Source: Octopus bimaculoides
Taxonomy: Eukaryota
Assembly (NCBI RefSeq): GCF_001194135.2
Contig: NC_068989.1
Location: forward strand, 38,197,637 to 38,261,636
DNA length: 64,000 bases
Direction: 5' to 3'
The notes beneath the pieces are model-generated. The model saw nothing but the letters and a program-made list of their open reading frames with translations, did no database searches and was not told the origin of the DNA. This document shows, piece by piece, positions 54,622 through 64,000 of this stretch (positions are counted from its first letter, which is position 1; each line of letters starts with the position of its first letter). The position numbers were made by a program, and so were the translations under genes.

Positions 54622-55260
54622 TATTGGGTTAGCAACTAAGTTACCGCCGTTTTTTAAATTTAAATTTTTTTAAAGGATTAATAAAAAATAACAACTAATT
54701 AATCAATAATGTATTCACCCTTGTTGTTTAAACTTCTTCCCAACATTCAACAAGATTTTCAATACCTCGTTAGTAGAAATCACCTGATTTCAACTCGAAA
54801 AATTGATCCAACCAAGCTCTCAATTCTGCATCAGTATTGAATGAAACTCCACACATAACATTTGAAAGAGGTGGAAATCCATTGGTGCCATATCAGGAGA
54901 GTACAGCAGGTGTGGCAGCACTTCCTAGCCATGCATTTGAATGGCTTCCTTGGTCATATTGGCAATATGAAGGCAGGCGTTGTCGTGCAGCAGAAGTACT
55001 CCACGTTGACAATTAGGTCTTTTCTCTTGAATAGCCATGTTGAGTCGTTCCATCTGTTGAACATAGAGTGCTGTGTTGAACAGTTGATTCCATTCTAGCA
55101 ATTCGTAATGGATAATCTCTTCCCAGTCCCATCATATACACAACATCGTTTTACGTGGATGAAGATCTTGTTTTATGCGCAGATCTGTCTCTGTAATCTT
55201 TCTGCCTTAGCTACAACTCTCTGGTTTCTCTCTTCACAGCAGCATTATCCACAGACCCGA
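54622..55260 (-). mobile_element. Mariner transposon, 3' half
   Basis: TIR-like tattgggttagcaactaagtt at 54622; minus strand reads LLHDNACLH..LLYSPDMAPMDFHLF. Confidence 0.8.
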
Positions 55261-55559
55261 ACTGGAAAGAGCTCTTGGGTCCTATTTTGGCCCTCTGATC
55301 TCCTAAGTATTCCCTATCCTCTACTGGAACCTGAAATATTAAAGTATATTGAACAGTTGATTTAAAATAAGAAATAAAATCATGAAAAAATTAATTATCG
55401 ATTTTTTTTATACCAGAGGGGGAAAGGTAGATTATAGGAGGAAAATGCATACATTTTCCAATTACATCCATAGGATTTTCTCCTATTTAAAAGGCAATTA
55501 ATCAAGCTAAGTAAGTTTAGTTAAAAGTTTAAAAAAATAGTTTTACCTTTTTACTGGGA

Positions 55560-55930
55560 GGACACATGCAGATTATGTGCTGAGAAATGACAAAAATTTT
55601 ATCCAGCTTTTCCACCATATTCTGCTCGTTGACTGTGGACAGAGATTTGCAGTTTATCTCTTTTGCTTTTTTTAAGCACACTTCATCCACCAATTTCATT
55701 ACATGATATTTCTCATACAGGGGCAGCCATGGGTTTACTACCTACCAGATCCCAATTGCTATTATTTTAGCTATATCATTGTCTTTCAAGTCCAGGTGGC
55801 TGTTTTGGAGGAAATAACTATTGAATAACCTGGTGGAGGATAGGAGGCTGTGTTGAGAAGGCTGACCACTAAATTTTTTGGCGCTATCACTTAGAGTTAA
55901 TACTGCAGACTTCCTTTTTCTACCCATTTT
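55560..55930 (-). mobile_element. Possible decayed DNA-transposon ORF fragment
   Basis: DIAKIIAIGIW*VVNPWLPLYEKYHVMKLVDEVC resembles N-termini of invertebrate DNA transposases; family not recognised. Confidence 0.25.
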
Positions 55931-56265
55931 TATGAAATATCTGAAAATAATTAAAAAAGTATTTGATAGGCAAATATCATTAGAAAGTACAAAATAATAC
56001 ATCAATAAACATCTATTAAGCATTTAAACAAGTTCCAAGCGTTGTTTTGTTGAAAACGACAAATTTTCATTGTTTATTTTGATTAAATTAAGTTCAATAG
56101 TTGGCCTTTTATGTATAAAGTTATACAATTTTACAACTTAAAAATAGCTGAGAATCTTCAAAACATACAATCATTTTCATAAATAAGAGTTAGTGCAACG
56201 TTTTCTATATATTAATACCTTTCTATCTAGACTAGTCCAAGATTACAGTTCCAAAACTGACCTAC

Positions 56266-56483
56266 CCTAATGTTTTACAACTGTGGAAATGGAGATCAAT
56301 AATTACATTCTTATTCAGTTTAACATGTCTTGTTACCAAAACAGCTGAAAAGGTGAGTGGCTAATAGCTTATTCAGGTTTTTTATCCTTAGGTCACAATG
56401 TCTTTTGAGGTTATCTGAAAGGAGCTCTGAATGTATGAGATTGGACAGCTACTAGCCAACAGCTGTCTGATGATCTCATAAAA
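56266..56483 (-). pseudogene. VPS13D-like relic exon
   Basis: Acceptor ttttttctccag and donor AGG|gtaggt; CWLVAVQSHTFRAP and FSAVLV...KNVIIDL resemble RWTVRLDISAPQVIFP...VLVVVDLG; frameshifted. Confidence 0.45.
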
Positions 56484-57400
56484 CTGGAGAAAAAATATAA
56501 CATTATTTGTGTGTAAGAATCACTAGATACTTAGCTACTCTTTATGTAGCTTCATATGAGTGTGTATATTTATGTTTGTGTATACAATACATACATACAT
56601 GTACAATAACACACACAAGTTTGGATCACACAACTACAAATGTATGTATACTCATCGAATCAATGAAAGAACCTCTACATGTTTGTTCAATCAACTAGAA
56701 ATAGCAGTCAGTCTTTTAGAAAAGGCATGTTGGTCTTGGGTTCCTTTCTCATAGGTAAAAGTTAGGATGGTCACGCATGAAGTGCCATTTATCATGGGTC
56801 TGTCTTACTAGGGCTGGCTTGGGAGAAACAATGCCACACACCTGCGCACACAATTTTACATTCACTTTCCATGATGGCTTGGACATTTCAACAAAGTCTT
56901 ACAGATCAAAGGCCCACATTTTGCTCAATGTCCATCATCTGCTTTGGCATGGTTTCTAATAAAAGATGCCCTTAATGCCAACCATTCTACAGAGTGTAGT
57001 GAATGTTTTTCATGCTACAAGCACTAGAGATGAATGTTCCCTATACATACTCTGAGAGAGGAATAGTTTATATCTTGGTAATTAAAAGTATTACATAAAG
57101 AATATTTGCAGTGTAATCATATGCTAATATGAGCATCCACATTTCTTGTATATCATATCCTGCCATTTTAAATGAAAATAGGACACACTGGATGATGTAG
57201 CTCTAGATACATTATATTTGAGAAAAAATAAACAAAAGTTTGAATGGTATTACTGAAGTGTTTTGGGTAATAAGTCTTTCTCAAAACTAACCAAGGCTAA
57301 ACATTAACACCAGCTATCAACAAAAGAATGTAAGTTGGGCATTTGAATTTTTTACAAAGCTTCTTGATATTCTTTCTGAAAACCCTCTCATCTTATTTAC

Positions 57401-57543
57401 ATTATTTACATTTGACGGATATTTGTACTCATCTTGTTCATTGTTAACACAGCATTTCGGCTAATATACCCTCCAGCCTTCATCAGGTGTCTTGGAGAAA
57501 TTTCGAACCTGGGTTCTCATTCCTAAGGTATTTTTCGATGTTG

Positions 57544-57609
<66 letters not shown>

Positions 57610-57632
57610 TTCGATTCCAAGCAGTGACCTGG

Positions 57633-57666
<34 letters not shown>

Positions 57667-57812
57667 TGATGACATCGAAAAATACTTTAGGAATGAGAAC
57701 CCAGGTTCGAAATTTCCCCAAGACACCTCATGAAAGCTGGAGGGTATATCAGCCAGAACGTTGTGTTAACAACACACAAGATGAGGACAAAAATCCGTCA
57801 AATGTAAATAAT
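57401..57812. mobile_element. Penelope-type foldback (inverted pLTR-like arms) with hammerhead-like cores
   Basis: Arms attatttacatttgacgga... / ...tccgtcaaatgtaaataat; (ATT)n/(AAT)n inner arms; minus strand 57490-57447 reads acac-CTGATGA-A-GGCTG..TAGCC-GAAA..gtgt. Confidence 0.8.
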
Positions 57813-58186
57813 TCCTCATCTCTTAAATATAGAACTGTATCCTCTCATCTTACTTCTAATTTAGCAATTATCCATTGCAGTGTGGGAGTGTCAGATATTT
57901 TTCAGCAGAATGGATTAAATACTATACATTGGCATGAATCTTTGGAATATTATCACTCAAGAAGACAACATACTTGTAATTTGTATTCTGTTGTGTTTAG
58001 TATCTTCTGCAAAAATCTGACACAATTTCCACAAACTGATGTGATGCTTTTCAACTAATCACTGTTGTTTGTCTTTCCTGTTACTTAATCCTTTCTGTAA
58101 ATAGTGTGCTTCACATGTCCATATAGCTAAAGCTTAAATTGTAAAGGATAAAAGAAAAATGGAGATGCACATGTGCGCACGCATAG

Positions 58187-58225
<39 letters not shown>

Positions 58226-58287
58226 GAGTTGCTTACAAGCCTAGTTCTTTTGCTGTCATTTTAGAATTCATTTGAAATATTGTCTTC

Positions 58288-59509
58288 TAAAAGGGTTGGC
58301 TGAAAAGCTCATAGGGATGTGACCAAATGAGGTCTATTTTCCAACATAGTCCCCCTTGCCGTTCACACAGTTCTTCCATTGGTGTTGCATTACTTGGATT
58401 CCATGGGTGAAGAAGTTTTCATTCTATTAGTCAAAACTTCATCAACAGCAGGCATGACATCATCATCATTGCAATGTTGGTTCCCAGTCAAGTGTTTTTA
58501 TTCATTTTGGGGGAACAGATGAGAGCCAGATGGAGCCAAATCAGGAGAATAGGAAATGTGATCAACCAGTTCAAACTAGTTATGCACAGTAGCCATTGAA
58601 ACCCAAGACTTCTGTACTGGAGCATTGTCCTGATGAAACAAAACCCCTTTCATCAGTTTTCATGGGTGTTTGGCACCTTTTGTACCTACCTCAGTACTCT
58701 TCATTTTATGGTGTGGCCTATTTTTGCATCTCCCAAAAAACTGAGGCCATCACCATCTCTGCAGATGAAACGACCATGGCCTTTTTTGGAGCAGGTGAAT
58801 AGGGGTGTTTCCACTGCATGGGTTGTCTCTTTGTTTCTGGCTCAAAGTGATGAACTCAACACTCATCCTGGCTGAGGAAACATTCAAGATAATCAGCTGG
58901 ATCTGCCTGAAACAATATCAGCTTTTCCAGTGGTATGATCAGCCTGGTGCACTCTTGTTCGGGTGTTAGAATACATGACACCCATTGAGTAGAAACCTTT
59001 GTCAGCTCATGTTCATTGTGCAAGTCAAGTTCATTGTACAGAATACTCTCAACTCTCTCATGGGACATTCTCGTAGTACTAGCTATTTAATGAATAGTCA
59101 ACTGCTTGTCGTCCATCAGCACGTGATGAACATGATCAATGTTTTCCTTGGTGGTGGCAGTTGCAGGATGTCCTGACCTTGGGTCATCTTCAAGACTGTC
59201 CCTTCTCTTTCTAAATTTTACATTGTTGATAAAACTGGAGCATCATCCTGTAATGTAGTAATCATGTCACCATGAATGTACTTGTGGGCTAAACCCTTTT
59301 TTCTGTAGGTACTTAATAACACCAGGATGCCAAATTTTATCAGTTTTCAAGAGAAATCACTACTAGTTAATTTTGGGGTATTCTTTGAGCAGTCAGATGT
59401 TAGTTTACCTGTAATAAAACAATGTAGTTATTAATCAGAAGGGTTAGAATTAATGCATCCAAAATTAATTCACAGCTCTGGCCTTTGAACTTCTCAGCCC
59501 ACCCTCATA
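58288..59509 (-). mobile_element. Near full-length decayed mariner transposon
   Basis: TIRs taaaagggttggctgaaaagctcata / tttgaacttctcagcccaccctcata; peptides DKIWH.GVIKYLQKK, HERVESILYNEL..KVSTQWV, FHQDNAPV..YSPDLAPS. Confidence 0.88.
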
Positions 59510-59681
59510 CATTATTGTATTGTTCTATAAATTTAGTAGAATAAGAAACAATAGGTGCAAGAGTGACTGCGTGGATTCAGTCCCACTGCATGGCACCTTG
59601 GGCAAGTGTCTTCTACTAAAGCCTTGGGCCAACCAAAGCCTTGTGAGTGGATTTCGTAGATGAAAACTGAAAGAAGCCTGT

Positions 59682-59735
<54 letters not shown>

Positions 59736-60162
59736 CATACATGTATATATTTGTGTGTCTGTGTTTGTCCCCCTGCCACCACTTGACAACTGATGCTGGT
59801 GTGTTTACATCCCCATAACTTAGTGGTTCTGCAAAAGAGAATAAGTACCACAATAGAATAAGTACTAGGCTTACAATGAATAAGTCCTGCGGTTGATTTG
59901 TTTGACTAAAGGCAGTGCTTCAGCATGGCTACAGTCAACCAAAAGAATAAAAAAATTTGAAAAACACATGTCAAATGTAATATTTTCCTCTGTACATTCC
60001 AATTAACTTATTAAAAACAGAAATTATATCTTCTGTCTGATTATCACAATTTCTACATGATTCCTTGCAGTGCCACAATGTCATAATTTAATTTCAACTA
60101 TTCAAAACAACCAAAGCAGTATTATATGTCTGAATGATTCTTTTGTGTCACCCAATCACAAT

Positions 60163-60560
60163 GTTGTTGCTGACACTCCATTGCTTACGACGTTGAGGGT
60201 TCCTGTTGATCCGATCAACGGAACAGCCTGCTCTTGAAATTAACGTGCAAGTGGCTGAGAACTCCACAGACACGTGTACCCTTAACGTAGTTCTCGGGGA
60301 TATTCAGCGTGACACAGTGTGACACAGTGTGACAAGGCTGACCCTTTGAATTACAGGCACAACAGAAACAGGAAGTAAGAGTGAGAGAAAGTTGTGGTGA
60401 AAGAGTACAGCAGGGTTCGCCACCATCCCCTGCTGGAGCCTAATGGAGCTTTAGGTGTTTTCGCTCAATAAACACTCACAACGCCCGGTCTGGGAATCGA
60501 AACTGCAATCCTATGACCGTAAGTCCACTGCCCTAACCACTGGGCCATTGCGCCTTCACT
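60163..60560 (-). mobile_element. Full-length tRNA-headed SINE with 13-bp target-site duplication
   Basis: TSD acccaatcacaat at 60150-60162 and 60561-60573; internal duplication gacacagtgt. Confidence 0.9.
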
Positions 60561-61364
60561 ACCCAATCACAATATATTCCCAATAAATTAAAGCAACCAA
60601 ACCAAAGCAGTTGGATGGTTTTGTTGCTATCTGCTTTTCCTTCTGTGAACTTTTTTGAGCCAGCTGTCACCCATGAGCAAGGATGGTTTGGTCTCACATA
60701 CCATTCTTTTGCTAATTGATTTAGGTGCTTAAGTAGTTGTGAGTAGATCAAGACATCCAGTTGGCTCTCCTATTTTTTGGCCCAGTGGCTCATCTAGGAT
60801 GCATCTGCTGTCTTGCGTCTGAATAATCTGGAGCAATGTGAAATGAGATAGCTTTCTCAAGGACTTAATGTATTGCCCCGTCTAGGAACTGAAACCATGA
60901 TATATGATTGTAAGCTGAACACCCTAACCATTAGGCTATCTGCCATCACTTTCATGATCATTTATGCACAAATATAAACACACAAAAGCAAAAGGTATTA
61001 AAAAACATTCTGTGATATATCCATGAAATATATATTTAGGAAATGGTATAGACATTGATACTGGAGAAACATTAGAAAAATGTATTAAAAGATTTATTGT
61101 TTCAATTAGTTTTTGCAAGATAAGTACATGAGGGGAATGTGTCATTTTTGGTTTTTACATTGTCAAAAACAGTTGAGAATATCTACCACTAACAAGACAC
61201 TACTAACATTTTAAAATAATATCTCTTATATTGTCTAGTTAAAAACAAAAAAACCATTCCTATAACTTAGATAATTTCTTCACACATTTTTCTCATGATA
61301 CTAATAAATATTTCAGCCAGAATTTCCAGATTATAGTTATCTTTCCGATGTTTTTATATTTTAT

Positions 61365-61615
61365 TAACAATTTCTGTAGGTTAATATGAATGTTTTGACA
61401 ATTTGCTCCTCTGTGCTTTTATTAATCTGGTATTGGACATCGATTCAGTAGGTCAAACTACTGAGGATTTTAACTGAAAGTTATGAACTCACTAAAACTT
61501 TCTAGTTACTCTATCAACTTGCTTTTTCATACATCAACAGTTAAACTCAGTCTGGTTGAGGTGGAATGTGAACTTAAGATTGATAGGATGTGAAAATGCT
61601 AATTCCAGGACTCAT
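61365..61615 (-). pseudogene. VPS13D-like relic exon
   Basis: SSHSTSTRLSL and QINKSTEEQIVKTF resemble AHSHFERRLNV and KLKMQTKAEIRQTL. Confidence 0.45.
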
Positions 61616-62381
61616 CTGTTTCTAACAACATTGTTAATTATTGCTTTATTAACAGTGTAAATTCTTTTTAATTATTTTCTAATTTGCAATCCTACCTGTT
61701 TAATAATTAGAATACCCATAACTTAATATATCATTGCACAATGAATTTAAAATAACTGTAAGTGGCTGTCAACATATTTTTAGCTATTATCACTATAAAT
61801 TGAACCATTATAGACTAATCTCTTATTGGTAATGGGTATGACTAACATTTCAGTCTTTTGTTAATGGGATTCATATGATAAATATAATTTATACATTTAT
61901 TCATTTTCTGGCTTTAGTCATTGAGCTGTGGTCATGCTGGAGCACCACCTCCAAGTGTTTTAATTGATTATATTGATATCAAAACTTGGTTTGGTACCTA
62001 ATTTATTTATTTTTGAAGGAAGAAAGGCAAAATCAATTTAAATAAATAAAGGATGTAGCTGGAACATAAAGAGGCATGACCAAATGCTGTTTTTGCAGAA
62101 TGCTCTACTGATTGTGCATTCTCCCACAACTATATATCAAATCAACAAGGAAGATAACAAAAGACTCAACTTCTTGATCACTTGACTGGTTAGGAATATC
62201 AGCTAAATTTTCATCAAGTCACACCTCATCATCTCAGAAAAGGACTCATTAGATAGTCTAGTCTAAGGTTCCCATGTTTATAGGAAAGAGATGAAATAGT
62301 CATAGCTGAAATGCCTTTTATCACTGTCTGGTTGATCAAGGCTGAACTAGGGTTACATAACAGCAACAGCGCACGCGCTCG

Positions 62382-62419
<38 letters not shown>

Positions 62420-62429
62420 NNNNNNNNNN

Positions 62430-62462
<33 letters not shown>

Positions 62463-64000
62463 ACACGCACACACACACTTGACAGGATTCTACACATTTT
62501 CCATCCACTATACTTTTCTCTTAAAGCTTTGATGGACAGGAGACTATGGGAAAATTTGCTATATGCTTTAAAGAATGACTGCTAAAAATACTCAAGAACT
62601 TTAAAAAAATTAAATTGGCAATATAATGTAATGAGCCAAAATATTTTAATAAGTTTTAAAAAGAATGCAGTGGAAACTGAGTCAGATTTTGGTAGTATGA
62701 TAGTAATTCATGATGTTTAGGTTTATTAGATCTCTTGAGCATATTCAAACTTGTAATGCCAGAAGATATCTAAAATTTTAGATATCTTCACACTGAGTTG
62801 TGTGACAAAATAATGATTGCACGAAAAATACTCTGAGACACTTGCTGCATAAAAAACCGATTGCAAAGTGAACTGTAAATTTTATATATTTTTGCTTTGT
62901 TAACATTGGTTATATTATTCTTCACTGACTAAGTCAATAAGGCTGAAAATATCTGGAGTTGTTACTGTGCCGCCAAATCTTGGGTGTACTACCCACTGCT
63001 TTCTCATTTTAAGAAATTTAAATCCTGAAATTTATCTCCCCTTCCTTTCTTGACAGTAATGAATAATTAGGCTAATGATTTTTATTGTGGATGTAATTTT
63101 AATTGAAAACATTTTTTGTTTACTACATTTCATACACTAGTCCCATCCTAGCTGGTATGTTTTATCTAACATCATATTAGGTTTATCATATTTGGTTGCT
63201 TCTCTCTATTTTCCCAAATCAACACTATATTCTGTAGTAGGATGTTTATAAGGTGTATAGATACTTTTGCTTTCCATATTAACAACCCACAAGTTATTAT
63301 TTTCTTTTCTTATACTGTTTTCTCACTTTAGTGAAGTTTACTGTTTCAGAATCAGTCATATTAGTCATACTTCTTTGATAGAAGTTAAAATGAATTTCAT
63401 GTTTCTTTGTAAAGGTAGTCTATTTCTTTTTCTAACTCTTGCTTTTAAGATGTTGTCGTTGTTGTTGTCCAATTTTCTACAGAAAGATGTCCTCAAGCAA
63501 CTTCTGTTTGATTAGTTATAATATTTGTTTTCTTTAACATAAGTTAGATTTATTGTGTTTATTTTATTATCATATCGAAGAGGACAGTTGAGTTGTAATA
63601 TTACCTCTCCATTTAGAGGGAAAAAATACTGTAAATTGCTATTTCTTATTTATTTATTTATCTATTTTATTTTATTTCTGCCTTCACAGCAGAAACTCTT
63701 TGCAATGCCGTTATTGGTTGACAGGAATTCAAATAGGAATATTTTGAGTATTCAGTACAATTGTCCAAATAATAGTAACATTTACAAGGACAAAAATTAT
63801 AATACTTATAACGAAAACGTTACCAGTAATGAGGACATATGTGATAAAGAAAACATGTACACTATTACTTGTTCTACTAAAAATAGCAGCCAAATTTCTC
63901 TCAAATCACATCCTATCATCTTAAAAATAAGAACACATGTAAGAGAATGTAGTCATAGTTATACAAACAACGAAGGGATGGTCATGAGTGGAGTGACTTA

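Larger units (their letters stand above)
2503..62429. other. Assembly gaps (N runs)
   Basis: Larger runs: 2503-2734, 13978-14399, 15577-16249, 17756-18323, 19588-19917, 38023-38416, 49931-50515. 10-N gaps at 12431, 16963, 18974, 19194, 22727, 62420. Confidence 0.98.
480..63800 (-). pseudogene. VPS13D: Unprocessed, heavily decayed VPS13D-like gene relic spanning the whole window and probably continuing beyond both ends
   Basis: About 25 minus-strand peptide relics match recalled human VPS13D motifs in collinear order. Examples (window/recalled): THMLNEF/THVVEKF, LQILVGEF/SQLLLAEF, PAVLI..IIALHLGTLVILN/APVLLIP..LIVANLGKLKVKN, LDRDNIVLLTKVAVL/FDTNAIILKGTTVL, HVFESQLGH/EVFSCRLGN, LLINIT/LDINIT, LDKIKVYYF/VDKVGTFFR, GIGI..SLVNNTPEEIV/GIGLSLINKVPEELV. 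In-frame stops and frameshifts lie inside the homologous blocks. Compared by eye, not computed. Confidence 0.68.

Noticed and set aside
480-63800. Functional VPS13D whose stop codons are rescued by A-to-I editing (UAG/UAA/UGA to Trp)
   Set aside because: Most stops do not sit at Trp positions, frameshifts occur inside homologous blocks, and amino-acid divergence is far too high.
1-64000. CRISPR arrays or prokaryotic/viral defence systems
   Set aside because: No regularly spaced repeat-spacer units or operon-like gene clusters; the sequence is repeat-rich animal DNA.

Overview
AT-rich animal genomic DNA with many N gaps, TA/CA/CAT microsatellites and tRNA-headed SINEs. It resembles an octopod cephalopod genome (recognition from memory, not a search). 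I found no intact protein-coding gene, tRNA/rRNA gene or CRISPR array, and most ORFs in the supplied track are gap or microsatellite artefacts. The main signal is invisible in that track: about 25 short minus-strand segments between ~63.8 kb and ~0.5 kb translate, with many stops and frameshifts, into peptides that follow my recollection of VPS13D in the correct order, often with splice-like borders. The whole window therefore appears to be the fossil of an intron-containing VPS13D-like gene that extends past both ends. Inserted in it are decayed mariners, RTE/CR1/Tx1/R4-like LINE pieces, Helitron pieces, SINEs, Penelope-type ends with hammerhead-like cores and five foldback elements. A CpG-retaining domain at ~25-38 kb contains an unidentified decayed plus-strand ORF. 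All homology calls are by eye and need tblastn/HMM confirmation.
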